From: Octopus bimaculoides
Taxonomy: Eukaryota
NCBI RefSeq assembly: GCF_001194135.2
Contig: NC_069002.1
Span: forward strand, 32,555,495 to 32,619,494
Direction of reading: 5' to 3'
DNA length: 64,000 nucleotides
The notes below the pieces were generated by a model. That model did not search any database. It saw only the letters and a program-made list of their open reading frames with translations, and was not told where the DNA came from. How positions within the stretch are numbered: position 1 is the stretch's first letter; each line of letters begins with the position of its first letter. Below are positions 50,683-64,000 of this stretch, in pieces. The position numbers and the translations under genes are program-made.

Positions 50683-51050
50683 AATAGAGAGATTTGAAGT
50701 ATATTTTCTTCGAAAACTTCGTGTCACGCACCTAGACACACACACACATACAAAAAATAATCAAAAGTTTGAAAGAGAATGAAGAATTTTGGTCGTAAGA
50801 AAGTGCAAAATGAACATTGGGTGTTTTTCTTGTTCTTATATTTCGGTTGATGTTATTCACGTTGTTTTTGTTGTTAGTTTAGATATTAAGTTACTGAATT
50901 CACTCTCTGCTCTCTTTCAATTCTGTCTCCTTCAAATTCTGTCTGTCTGTCTGTCTCTCTTTCTGTATTCCTCTTTCATTCTCGATCTGTTTCTCCAGGA
51001 AACATTGCACTGTTTAATAGATGTCAATATGGTGACATTTTAATTACACG

Positions 51051-51102
<52 letters not shown>

Positions 51103-51649
51103 CACACATATACACACAGACATACACACAGAGACATACAGACATACACACAGTCACAGAGACACTCACACACACGCGTACAAACATAACGTATAGACTA
51201 AGAAGTGAGAAGCATATAATCACATGCTCACATAGATTCACTCATACACACGCATACATATATCCACCAGGAGACACGTATATAACCACACATATACATC
51301 GATAAAATACACACATATACGCACCAGAAGAAGATAAGAGCATATCCTCGCAGACATATAGATACACGCAAACAAATGCGTAAACACACGCACAAACCCA
51401 CGCGCAAAGAGACACAGACAGACAGACATACAGACACACACACAGATCTACACCTTGTTGAATACTCATTAGCATCTCTGTACGACAGTGTCTCTCATTA
51501 ATTATTCTTCCCTCCGTCGATTAATCAATTTCTCTTGATTTCTGTTTTCTTCTCTTTCAATCTCTCTTTCACTCTCTCCCTGTCTCTCTCTCTCGCTCTC
51601 TCTGTTTCTCTCTCCCTGTTCCTCTCTCTATCTGTTGTGTCTGTTTATC

Positions 51650-52260
51650 TGAGTCATTGTCTATCTCTCTCTGCCTGCCTGGTTGGTCGTCTGCCTCTCT
51701 GATTGTCTGGTCGTCTGCCTCTCTCATTGCCTGGTCATTTGGCCTGCCACTCTGTTTGCTTATCTGTCCGTATGTTAATCTATCTGCTTATCTTTTGTGT
51801 GCCAGTTTGTTTGTCTATCTGCCTGTCATTTTGTCTGCCGGTTTTGTTTATCTATCTGTATGCCTCTATCTGCCGATCTGTTTGTCTACCTATCTGCCTG
51901 TTTGTCTATCTCTCCAACTGTTTGTCTATTTCTCCGTATGTTTGCCTATCAGCCTGTCTGTCTGTTTGTTTCTCTGTTTCCCTATCTGACCCTCAATCTC
52001 TCTGTCGCTCTATCTCTTTGCGTGTCTGCCTGTCTTTCTCTCCCTGTATGTCTGTCTATCTGCCTGCCTGTTTGCCTGTCTGTATTTGTTTTTATTTGTC
52101 TGTATGTCTATCCATCTCTTTGCGTTTAGGTCGGCCATCTCTCTCTATCTCTCTGTTTCTTTTTTTCCGTCTATATTTCTCTTTCTCACTGTTTCTTTCT
52201 TTTTCCCCCTGTTTCTTTCTATTTCCCCCTGTTTCTTTCTTTCTCTGTCTCTCACACTCA
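51650..52260. repeat. Degenerate (TCTG/TCTA)n polypyrimidine low-complexity tract
   Basis: Source of the C/L/S/V-rich ORFs at 51657-52304. Confidence 0.9.
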
Positions 52261-52761
52261 TACACATACACTATTTCATTAGCTCATTGGTAATATTACA
52301 CTAAGATAGTTTGAATAAGATACCATTCATACAATTGGGTCAATATATTAACACTAATTTCTAACACCCACTTCAAACATATAAAGGCGTGTTTCCATGA
52401 TTATTACCGATGTTTTGTTTATTAGCATTTCATACTGTTCTCACAAACATACAACTCACACATACACACATATACAAACACCGTATTTCATTTTCCAAAC
52501 ATAATATACTGTAACTGAGGATATCAGAGGTCAATAAGGGAATACTATGTCCCACATTTTCAAAATCTTGTGTTAGCAGTCCGATTTAATAGACTTTCAA
52601 GTTATCTCTGCAAATTTTCTACAACAGTCAGAGCCAGCAGCGAAAACTACGATGTTTCGGATACGAAAACTTCTTGTAAGCAATGCGACTGAAGATAGAA
52701 AAATAGATAATAGTATATATATATATATATATATATATTGTGTAACCTTCAGCGTGTCGAC

Positions 52762-53227
52762 ATGTTAACCGTTGAAGAACGTGCATTTATAGTTGAATGG
52801 GTGTTTCGAGCTGGAATCAAATTCACAGATAATGTGAAACAGAAGTTCGGTGAAACTTTTTCAAATGCTGTTGTTCCTCATCGTTACACTGTGAGGGATT
52901 TGATGAGATAATTTAGAAACAGGCTCAGTGGAAGACACAGCAAGAAGCGGTAAGCCTATTGTTCTTTCAGACGAAACATTCGCCAATATTTGTGATAAAA
53001 TGTTGGCAAACCTGTCAAAGTTCTTACGCAAATTGTCACAGGAAACGGATCATCCGCCTCGGAAGTGCTTACACGACAGTAAAAAAGAAATTAAATTTCA
53101 ACACCTCTTATAAAGTTTTTAAAGTCTGGTAAAGTCTAATATATTCCTTTGTAACCCTCTACCATCTTATAAATATTTATTTCGCAATTAAATACTAACT
53201 GAAGAGAGACTTTTTGAACACCTTATA
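52762..53227 (+). mobile_element. Internally deleted Tc1/mariner-type element (N-terminal HTH remnant plus 3' TIR)
   Basis: MLTVEERAFIVEWVFRAG...VPHRYTVRDLMR*FR/ETGSVEDTARSGKP...LRKLSQET resembles DUF4817-type transposase N-termini; GAGACTTTTTGAACACCTTATA at ~53206-53227 is TIR-like plus TA. Confidence 0.75.
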
Positions 53228-53369
53228 TACACGAAAGGAAGTAGTATTGTTAGCGGTGTGAGGAAAGCCATAAAAATGTTCTTGTATTTGCTCAATAAAA
53301 CGCTGAGAAATGTAGACTAGTCTTCTGTAGTAATTAAAGTCAAAGTTTAATAGTACAGGGAACATGGGA

Positions 53370-53452
<83 letters not shown>

Positions 53453-53564
53453 CTGCCCCTTCTCTTTCTGTATATATATATATATATATAGTTTTAGGGA
53501 AAATAATCAAGTTTCAAGAACTCATCGATGAAAATCCACTATCACATATAGAAAAATTAATAAT

Positions 53565-53640
53565 TAAAAGCACAATAAATGAGTATAATATCTTATGATA
53601 TTTACTTTACTTTATATTATACTCATTTATTGTGCTTTTA
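53565..53640. repeat. Perfect 27-bp inverted repeat, 22-nt loop, right arm running into an N gap
   Basis: TAAAAGCACAATAAATGAGTATAATAT 53565-53591 pairs with 53614-53640. Confidence 0.95.
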
Positions 53641-54577
53641 NNNNNNNNNNNNNNNNNNNNNNNNNNNNNNNNNNNNNNNNNNNNNNNNNNNNNNNNNNNN
53701 NNNNNNNNNNNNNNNNNNNNNNNNNNNNNNNNNNNNNNNNNNNNNNNNNNNNNNNNNNNNNNNNNNNNNNNNNNNNNNNNNNNNNNNNNNNNNNNNNNNN
53801 NNNNNNNNNNNNNNNNNNNNNNNNNNNNNNNNNNNNNNNNNNNNNNNNNNNNNNNNNNNNNNNNNNNNNNNNNNNNNNNNNNNNNNNNNNNNNNNNNNNN
53901 NNNNNNNNNNNNNNNNNNNNNNNNNNNNNNNNNNNNNNNNNNNNNNNNNNNNNNNNNNNNNNNNNNNNNNNNNNNNNNNNNNNNNNNNNNNNNNNNNNNN
54001 NNNNNNNNNNNNNNNNNNNNNNNNNNNNNNNNNNNNATATATATATATACACATATATATATATATACATATACATATATATATATATATATATATACAT
54101 ATTTATACATATACACAAATACATATATATGTGTACGTATGTATGTATGTTTGTGTACATATGCATGTGTGTATATATGTGTGCGTGTGTACATATGTTT
54201 CGGTAGCATTTTACTGACGCATTTTTAGATTACAAAAAAGAAATCGTCCTGTAAATCTTAAACCAGCATGTAAAGTAAAAAGAGGACATGACTTGTTCAC
54301 CAAATACATGTTCGACGAAGTGAAAATTTTGAGGAGTACAAAAGAATTTATAGAGTTAGCGTTTATGAATATAATGATGTAAAGTGTTTCGTAGAAAAAA
54401 AAAAATTATAGTGATTAAATACTTGTCTTGAAGAACGGCTACATCTAAAAATGACAACCACAACATCACAACAATTGCAGCCACGACTTCACCACTCTCA
54501 TTGCCGTCTTCATCACTACCAACAACACCGTCACCAATCTAGTAACACCGACTTCACCACCACCACCACCCGACATC

Positions 54578-54720
54578 TACCGTTCTGAATTCAAATTCTG
54601 CCGAGGTCGACGGTGCCTTTCGTCCTATTACAGTCGATAAAATGAGTACCAGTTGAACACTGGGGTCGATATAATTGACTTAGACTTTCTTGCAAACCAG
54701 TTGGCCTTATGCCAACAAGT
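54578..54720 (+). mobile_element. SINE family B fragment
   Basis: GTTCTGAATTCAAATTCTGCCGAGGTCGAC...ACTGGGGTCGATATAAT. Confidence 0.8.
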
Positions 54721-54879
54721 TTGGAGTAGACATTGCGTAAGAATATTGTTTTATTGATGCCATAGGTAAATTATAATTCTTGTAACTCGACACACTGGTC
54801 CTAGATTTTTTAATTAAAAGACCATCATCGTCACCACCAGACCTTGGACATTACGGCCTCGTCTCGTAGGACTCATAGG

Positions 54880-55110
54880 TCCGGTCGTCCAGATTCCATG
54901 GCGTATAACTGACAGAGATCACAGCATCCTTTTTTCAACAGGAAACAAATATATAGCAGAGTCATTCATTTACAGCCGAGTGGACTGAAGCGATGTGGAA
55001 TGAAGTGATTTTGCTCAAGAGCACAACGCATCGTCTTGTCTGGTACTCGAAACCTTGAACTTGTGATCTTCAGTGCAGCACTCTAACCAACAGGCCACGC
55101 TCCTTCACTG
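54880..55110 (-). mobile_element. SINE family E, near full length
   Basis: Reverse complement GTGAAGGAGCGTGGCC..GGTTAGAGTGC...GTTTCGAG...GCGTTGTGCTCTTGAGCAAAATCACTTC. Confidence 0.75.
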
Positions 55111-56628
55111 TTTAAAAGAACTGTCTCCAGGAATTGTTTGTTATTACTTGTAAAATATTCGTTTGTTAAGCCAAGGCTAATTACTCTCGTGAACAGTTCC
55201 GGATTAAATGCAGGATTAACTATCTTACATCAATGAATAACGGCTCAAAGGGGTTCTGTGAAACCATGTTCGCCAAGTTATGATTAGTGACTCGTACACA
55301 TTAATGATGGAGTTTAAAATATTGCAGACTCAATGATAGAGGAAATTAATTCTATCTGCCTTACAGCGACAAATGCTTTATGAAGAAAGTCAATCGGTCG
55401 TTGAACCTCCACATTTCACAGACATTTCATTTTGCGGATAATGGAATAAATAAACTGGTATTATATACTATTTCTTTCTCTCTCTATCTCTCTCCGTCAA
55501 TTTCTCTCTCTCTCACTCTCTCTCTCTCACTCTCTCTCTCCCTGTCATTCTCTATGTGACTATCTCTTTCCGCACACATGATGGCGATATCATAAACTCT
55601 TGATGCAAACATAAAAGCAACATTGTATTATACGCTCATAATAAATTTACTTCTATTTTACCTGGATTTCTAGGAGGGAGATAAACATGTTTCTGATAAC
55701 ATAAAACGAATTATCGTACATATTATATATATATATATGTATAAATCAATAAAATGTATTCTAATATTAATTTAAAATTGTGTTGTACAGTGTCCTCCGT
55801 AGTATTATCTCAAAAAAAGATTTTATATCATTTAAGAATTATGAATGGCAAGGATTTAACGGAGAATTTCTTGTAGGAGAGTGATTTGAAATCAGTTTCA
55901 TCAACAGAGAAGTTAAGCGTGCAAAGTTCCACTGCACTTTAGTCGTGTTTTGTCGAACAATCTGATACTTACGTAATAACTAGGAGTAGCTAAACATTCT
56001 TTATGGACCATATTAATTTTGATAAAGGTGTGTCACTATGACTAAGAAAATCACAACTTGGTTTCGACGGTGAGAAAGTTATTAATGATAGCTGATCAGA
56101 ATCAAAGAAGTCGATGATCACAAAAGTGGAAAAGTTTCAACTGTTTCACAGAAAACGATTTCATCAATTCCGATTATTTCTCTTAGTGTAAAGTATTTTG
56201 TAAGAGTTGTTGAATAAGTGTGTATCCAACATTGCGGACGACTGCAGGTCTTCTAAAGACAAACTTGCCCGGGCAAATTTCTAGGTGCAATCCTGTGATC
56301 ATTCAAGACCATAGGGGTCTTTACTTTACACGCGCACGTACACACAGAAACAGACACACGCACCTCATGTATACACATATATACATACATATCTGGTGTG
56401 CACGGAGAAAGGTAGGTTAGTGTAGTCCTATGTTTCTTGGTTTTTGTGAACGATATATGAATATACATACATTCATATATAGACGCAATTATGCAGGTAA
56501 ACAAATTAGACATGTCAGATATTTTAAGTGAATTAGGTACATCAAATGCAAAAAAATATATTTATGTATACATGCAAAACAAGGTGGAAACTCTCAGATA
56601 TTTTGTATGTGTATATTTACATACACAT

Positions 56629-56859
56629 GGCGACGAGCTGGCAGAATCGTTAGCACGCCGGGCGAAATGTTTAGCGATATTTCTTCTGCTGTTACGTAAT
56701 GAGTTCAAATTCCGCCGAGGTCGACTTTGCCTTTCATCCCTTCCCGGTCAATAAATTAAGTACCAGTTACGCACTAGGGTCGATGTAATCGACTTAATCC
56801 CTTTGTCTGTCCTTGTTTGTCCCCTCGGTGTTTAGCCCCTTGTGGGCAATAAAGAAATA
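56629..56859 (+). mobile_element. SINE family B, full-length monomer
   Basis: GAGCTGGCAGAATCGTTAGCACGCCGGGCG ... GCCCCTTGTGGGCAATAAAGAAATA then (TA)n. Confidence 0.9.
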
Positions 56860-58250
56860 TATATATATATATATATCTATATATATAAACGTACATATAT
56901 AATACATATAATTTGAGTATATAAATGCATATACACACACACACGCCTATGTATGTACGTATGTATGTACGTATATATGTATATATATATATATATATAT
57001 GGATGTGTGTACGTAGTTATGTATGCATGTATGTATGTTATGTATGTGTATATTTGTATGATTATGATGTATCTATGCAGATATTTTATATGCCATTGTT
57101 CGGATATGAGTGTGGTTGTATGCATAAATATGCTATCGATACATATCTGTGTATGCGTTGGTTCGCTTTATTATATATTTAACGTGTATATATTTGCGTC
57201 TTTGTATAGTATGAGTGAATTGGAAATATGTATGTATGTATACATGTATGTATGTAAGTATGTATGTGTATATGTATGAATGTACATACGTAGATATATA
57301 TTTAGGTATAATGTCTCTGTATGATGTAACAATTTGGAAGTTCAACGACCGTAATATTGACATACAATTAACGAACAGCGCATTTTCACCGTGGATTACT
57401 CATGTCATACACTGCCTGAAGCTCATATTGTATAAGACAGGAGACTCTCAACTACACAACATAGATTTTATAAAGAACATCACAATACCTCTCCTTTACT
57501 TTCACCGGAATTTTCGAAAAACAAACAAGGTAAAACCGACATAGCTAGGACACGAACAGAGAAAGCGCACAGGAGCTCAAATACAGTGAATGGCATTTTG
57601 CCCGGCTCTACCCTCTTCTCTCAATTCTAACACACCACAGCCCTCAACAGACAGTATTTATAATCTTATAATTTCCATTATAATATCTATTACGTTTCAT
57701 TCATATGATTTAAAGGAGAAAACATTCATCTGGTGCTCTTATATGATCGTTTGCATTATATCAATTTTTTCCTGGCAGTGTTGGAGTAGCAAACAACACG
57801 ATGTGCGTTTAGGGTGTTTAGCAAGAAATACAAGATTTTGGGTTTGATTAAACACATCTATGAATATATTATATATACTGCAATAGTCTGTGTAAACTAA
57901 AGATGATTATTGAATCAATTTTGGAAGACTGACCGGTTACAAGACTCCCACGATCGAATTACTTTTGAAATTGACGACCGAGTTATGAAACGAGAGCCAA
58001 ATGTAAAAAAAGTTGTTGGAAGAAGTTCCATGGAGCGAAAAAGAGTTTGAAAAGCTCCAATAACTAACTTTGTTGTGTTATATAAGTAAAAAATTATGTA
58101 ACTTACATTAAACAATAATATACGTATGTATGTATGTATTTATACACACACACACACATATCTATATATGTGTTAATACAATCAAACGCGCATACACACA
58201 TACATACACATACAAACCAGCATATATAGCTTTATGTGCGTGTGTTTATG

Positions 58251-58300
<50 letters not shown>

Positions 58301-58560
58301 TTTATATATATATATATATATATACATATAGGGAAATTGTTTCATTTTAGACACACACATATTTATATNNNNNNNNNNNNNNNNNNNNNNNNNNNNNNNN
58401 NNNNNNNNNNNNNNNNNNNNNNNNNNNNNNNNNNNNNNNNNNNNNNNNNNNNNNNNNNNNNNNNNNNNNNNNNNNNNNNNNNNNNNNNNNNNNNNNNNNN
58501 NNNNNNNNNNNNNNNNNNNNNNNNNNNNNNNNNNNNNNNNNNNNNNNNNNNNNNNNNNNN

Positions 58561-58639
<79 letters not shown>

Positions 58640-59083
58640 ATGCATATTTATGTATATATATATAGATAGACGTATACATATATAAAAATATTAAAACGAG
58701 AAGTCGGATTGAACAGGCTTTATTATAAATAAAATTGTATCGCTCTCTGCGGAACTTATGACTCAATCCACCTGAATAAATGCATATGTCACTATTGGTG
58801 AGCGATATTAACGCAATGTCCTTTATAATGTATGTAACATTCAGCAAAGAACAACTGGTAATGATTTTTTGAAACAATTGTAGTCGATGTAATAAAGTCA
58901 ATTAAATCCATCTCGCATTAATGCTTGCACATAAACTACAGCTATTTATGGATTGCCACATGTATACCCGTTGACTGAAGATCTTCCAGTTTATAATCGC
59001 ATTTCCTCGTTGATACAGGTACAAGAAATTGGTAAGCACACTATTAGATTTTTCACCTAGATTATATTAAAATCATATATCTA

Positions 59084-59122
<39 letters not shown>

Positions 59123-59467
59123 GAGATGAGTTAAAAATGTTTGTGTCATATTTCAACGTCTACAGGCACATTTCTTGCAGCAGCCACGGTAAAAAAATTC
59201 TCTCTTATGATAAAAAGGTGTGAAAACACCAAATCTGCGCAGTGTTTCCCGCTATTGGATTCCCAGATGCCTTTCTAGTTCCTTAGCCGTTATCAATAGA
59301 AAATACCGAAGAGAGTTAACACTTGGCACATATACCTACGTGCACAAAAAAAAAAAATTATGAAAAGAGTCGAAAGAATATTATGAATATAGTGACGTCA
59401 CACAATTGCCATTACATTACTGCAGAGATATAACAATTCAACACTATCACAATAGCTATACACAGTC

Positions 59468-59469
59468 AC

Positions 59470-59504
<35 letters not shown>

Positions 59505-59733
59505 TAATAATAATTTTTTGGTAGATAATAATAATTTTTTGGTAGATAATAATAATAATAATAATAATAATTTTTTGTAGATAATAATAATGATAATAAT
59601 AATAATAATAATATTTCTTTTATAAATGATAATAATAGTAATAATGTTATCAATAATAATAGTAATAGTAATAATATTATCAATAATAATAATAATAGTA
59701 ATAATAATAATGATAATAATAACAATAATAATA
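59468..59733. repeat. (AAT)n microsatellite with higher-order units (AATAATTTTTTGGTAGAT x3; TTATCAATAATAATAGT x2)
   Basis: Direct reading. Confidence 0.9.
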
Positions 59734-59960
59734 CTGAGAATCATAATCTTTTTATGCTATAGAAATGTTTTCGAAAGAGGAGTGTGAAAATAATGGTAAA
59801 TGAAATCCTGCCTTACTGTGAAAATGAAGTAAAAATATCCACAGCGTATTCAAAGAAGAATGAGGACTCACCTGTAAAAGACAGAAAATAAAAGAAGCAT
59901 GTTAGACACGTTGATAATCTAGTATAAATTAATATAGATTAGTAAAAAATTGTTTATTAT

Positions 59961-60133
59961 AAATTCAAATTACGACAAACGTAAATAAACAAACGAAGTT
60001 TGCCTTTAGAAGCGTTGAGATGTCTTTTAGAAAGTTAAAGAAGTGATTTTAAATTCTAACTTTCTAAAAGACATCTCAACGCTTCTAAAAGCAAACTTTG
60101 TTTGTTTATTTATGTTTGTCGTAATTTGAATTT
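59961..60133. repeat. 173-bp palindrome, 77-bp arms, 19-nt spacer, 3 differences; MITE-like
   Basis: AAATTCAAATTACGAC...AGAAAGTTA 59961-60037 pairs with 60057-60133. Confidence 0.95.
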
Positions 60134-60956
60134 AACATATGAGAGCGTCTCATAAAGCGAGATTTATATATCTTTATTTGCAGAGGAATTTGTAGTGGGT
60201 AGTTTAGCTTAATTGGTCAACATGTAATCACGGAGATGTGAGTTCGTGTCCACAGCTAGCCACCTACACGTTTCTCCGCAAAATAGGGGTAATTTATCCT
60301 GTTCAGGCTATATTATTAGTATTATTTATTATATTTTAAAATGTGTTAATTCTAATTGGTTAGTACATACTTTCGTAATCGTGCAATGAAACATATAACA
60401 AAGGGACAGAAATATAACGACAATAAAATAAGTTGGTACATTTGCTTAAGTGTATGATAATATATTTAATAAATATAAGATATTATTATAGTTGGGGATG
60501 GTGTCTTTTGCCAACTACACACACGCACTGTTTATTTCCGCTTCACTTTATTATTTTGGTTTGGCGCTGGTTCGGTCTTATTCCTGGTAGGGTTTATGTG
60601 GGTAGCAGGTTACTACCTGTAATCTTAGGCATCATGAAAATACAAAGGAATGAACTTGAAAATCATATAAAAAATGTTGCTATTGGTTCTGACTCGATTA
60701 TATAGCAATTCTTTTCCGTCGACATATATATTCATGCATTTTATTATTGAATAACGCTTATAAACACACAACTACAGCTGTAAAGAGACGGGAAAGGATA
60801 TTTAAAAGAAATTATCGTATGAATTACGATAACACAAATAGTAGAGGTTATAGCAAAGAAATTTACTATGGGAAATATATAAACAAAGAAGAGATGGAAA
60901 GAGAGAGAGAAAGGGAGAGATAGAGAAGTAGAGAGAGAGAGAGAGAGAGAAAGGGA

Positions 60957-61027
<71 letters not shown>

Positions 61028-61306
61028 CAGTAAGATAATAAAAAAAAAATCTCGCAGTTAAGTTTTTCAGAAATGCTCGTAGTTAATTAAGATTAATCGT
61101 TTTGTTGAAAAAAGCTTAAAGACGACATTTCGATGAATATAAATTAAAATTTTAATTTTTAAGAATTCTCTAGACATTGACAACTTCAATAATTGCTTTC
61201 TTTTAGTAAAAGTTACATAATCCCATCTAATTAATAAGCAACTTTCTCTATTATGGTATAGCCAAGTTTAAAGCCGTGATATTTAATAAATGTGTTGATC
61301 AACGTG

Positions 61307-61520
61307 GCTAGCTTGCAGAATCGTTACTTCCCCCCGTGCAAAAAGCTTAGCGGCATTTCGTCTGTCTTTACTTGCTGAGTTCAAGTTCAACCGGGGTCGA
61401 CTTTGCCTTTGATCCTTTCGAAGTCGATTACATAAGTACTATATAAAAACTGAGATCGATGTAATCGACTTAGATCGCTCCTCTGAAATTGCTTACCTTG
61501 TACAAAAATATGAAACCCAT
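61307..61520 (+). mobile_element. SINE family B, diverged
   Basis: GCAGAATCGTTAC...GCTTAGCGGCATTTCG...GGTCGACTTTGCCTTT. Confidence 0.8.
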
Positions 61521-61664
61521 ATACTAAACGTGTGTAAGTGTATTAGAAAATCTGGTGTGTAAGAGATTTAACAGACGGAAGATTTGAAATATCTGGTGCT
61601 TAAATGTTTGTGAATAAGAATTAATAACTGTTTTAAGTAAAAAGGCAAGAAGTTTAAGAGAAAT

Positions 61665-61830
61665 GGAACAGATGATAAAGTACCAAGGTACTTCACTGCC
61701 GTTTACTTTAGTGCCATTGGAGGGATGAAAAGTCAAGTTGACGAGACACGAATTTGAACTCAAAGGATAAAAAACCGGAACAAATGGTGGAAAGCAATTA
61801 TTCTGACACTTTAACGATCGTGCCAACCGA
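61665..61830 (-). mobile_element. SINE family B, highly diverged
   Basis: GGATGAAAAGTCAAGTTGACGAG...GAATTTGAACTC...AACGATCGTGCCA. Confidence 0.6.
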
Positions 61831-61848
61831 AAACCTTATAGCATATAC

Positions 61849-61997
61849 AGCTGTGGTAAGTAGCTTGCTTACTAACCACATGGTTCCGGGTTCAGTCCCA
61901 CTGCGTGGCACCTTGGGCAAGTGTCTTCTACTATAACCTCGGGCCGACCAAAGACTTGTGAGTGGATTTGGTAGACGGAAACTGAAAGAAGCACGTC

Positions 61998-62000
<3 letters not shown>
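61849..62000 (+). mobile_element. tRNA-derived SINE family A, young copy
   Basis: GTGGTAAGTAGCTTGCTTACTAACCACATGGTTCCGGGTTCAGTCCC...AAGAAGCACGTCG then (TA)n. Confidence 0.9.
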
Positions 62001-62032
<32 letters not shown>

Positions 62033-62446
62033 CAAATTAGGCCTAGGTGAGGATTGAACTTAGAATACAGCGATCGGAGACAAATACGGTTGATTGCTTT
62101 CTCCGATGCTGTAACAGCTTACGCAGTTCACCATCGTAAATATCAGTTGAAAATATGAAAGAATATTCAATGGCTTATTCGTAATGTTTCTGCTCAAAAC
62201 ACTTCTGTGTATGTGTGTGTGTGTGTGTGTGTGTGCGCGTGTATGTGTGTGTATATGTAGGTGTGCATGTATGCATATTTATATATATATATGTGTGTAT
62301 GTATGTTTATTATATATTATATATGCGTATATGTCTATGTATGTAAATAAATCAAAATATTTCAATAAGAATGCAACTAATTTTGTTTATATCAAGAAAT
62401 GTTATGTTAATACGCGTTAAATAATAATAATGACAACAACAACAAC

Positions 62447-62502
<56 letters not shown>

Positions 62503-62964
62503 TAATAATAGCAATAAACATACGGTAATAATAAAAATTATTAGATTTTTAAAATATTTCAATTCTATAAAGCTTAAATGGAAGAATATAAAATAAAGTT
62601 TAATGAATGCTTCATTATAATCTATAAATAACTTTGTCTGCCATAAAACAAACAAATATATACAAACACAAAACAGATGTAATCAGTACATCGCATTGGA
62701 ACCATATTAACAACATTAGCCTTTAAAAACACATATATGCTATTAGAATCGCGTTCATATAATTATTATTTTGTGAAAATATAATGAATGTTTGATTAAA
62801 TCCTATAAATAATATTCTCTACCATAAAATTTCAAATACACAGACGGAGTAAAATATGTAATCATCCTGCATCGTGATAGAGTCAGTTGTTACTGGTGTA
62901 GGACACAAGCATTATTATATTTGCATTTGTTTATATTATGATATTATGGCAACATAATAGTGGA

Positions 62965-63125
62965 AGTGCGTGATTTCGTGGTGAAGATGATTTGATGATT
63001 GAAAAATTGTGATTTCTATTCTGGGACCTCTGGATGCGTTGTATTCTTGAACAAAACACTCCACTCCATGCTGTCTCATCCATTCACATGGTAAAAATGA
63101 GTAATACTGCGGCGTAATTGGGAAA
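62965..63125 (+). mobile_element. SINE family E, decayed
   Basis: GCGTTGTATTCTTGAACAAAACACT...AAATGAGTAATACTGCG core-like sequence. Confidence 0.5.
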
Positions 63126-63944
63126 TATCTCTTCAATCTCCAAATAATTCATTGGCAATCTGGTTTAGTCTCATCTTGCAGACGCACAAGTTTTAGAATT
63201 ATATTTTCAAACTTACTATATTTCCAATTAGGTAGTAATTAAAAATAAAATTACAGTACATAATAATATTAGTAAATTAGTATAGTTACAGAAAGCTCTA
63301 TATACGAGAAACTAAGCAAATCGAGAATACAGTTACTTATCACGAAGACCAAAATAGAATTTCGGTAAAACCGCTCCATGTTGTAACCACTTGATCCATC
63401 TCAGAAATTACAGAATAGTGACTTGTAAACGAAACATTGAAATTTTGTGGAATTCCGCCATTTTGTTGTTTAGCATTACATCCAATAAATGTTCTTCTAC
63501 AGTTCTATTCTTTTTTAATTGATAAATACACGAATTCCTATTTCCTTTTAAAACACTGATATTTATTAAACTCCATTAAGCTTATTCTACTGTACTTAAC
63601 TGTATTATAACTTGTATTCTCCAGTATTATCTAACTGAACAAATAAATATTATACAGGTCCAACGACTATTCCATAATACAAAACTTTATTATAGCTTAT
63701 CTCGATTTTACTTTAATCCAGTTCCTATTCATCCTATAATAATTGATATTGCAATTTGTAATTTCATATATGCCTTTTCTTGAAACCTTCTTTGGATATG
63801 TCATGTATTTTCTGTATAATGTATGTTTTAGATAATAACACTGCTTTAAGACACATCAAATTGTTCGCAGTAACAGCGTATAATTCCACGCACGTAAATA
63901 TTATTGTTATGATAAAATTCTGCAGCATGTAATGCTCCTTAACA

Positions 63945-63986
<42 letters not shown>

Positions 63987-64000
63987 ATACATATATATAT

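Noticed and set aside
57300-58090. Possible second transposase remnant (NEQRIFTVDY)
   Set aside because: Similarity limited to a few residues; no continuation or TIR found.

Overview
AT-rich eukaryotic non-coding DNA, about 15% N gaps, most of them flanked by (TA)n. The SINE, LINE and microsatellite content looks like an octopod cephalopod, probably an Octopus draft assembly; this is inferred from repeat families I recognise, not from a search. I can support no complete host protein-coding gene, and nearly all ORF-track entries are microsatellite or N read-through. Recognisable content: more than 20 tRNA-derived SINE copies from about 5 families; a Penelope-like (PLE) retroelement 3' end with an apparently intact GIY-YIG endonuclease; a CR1-type LINE 3' fragment; two Tc1/mariner fossils; four long palindromes; and weak candidate promoter/exon signals. 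The most notable signal is a set of about 10 hammerhead-ribozyme-like motifs (CUGANGA - helix II - GAA - palindromic helix III - H) in short PLE-type repeats. One is a near-complete type I hammerhead (6097-6181), and one (TA)n-flanked element carries two motifs about 175 nt apart (14405-14770), a retrozyme-like architecture. All ribozyme calls come from hand-folding and are untested.
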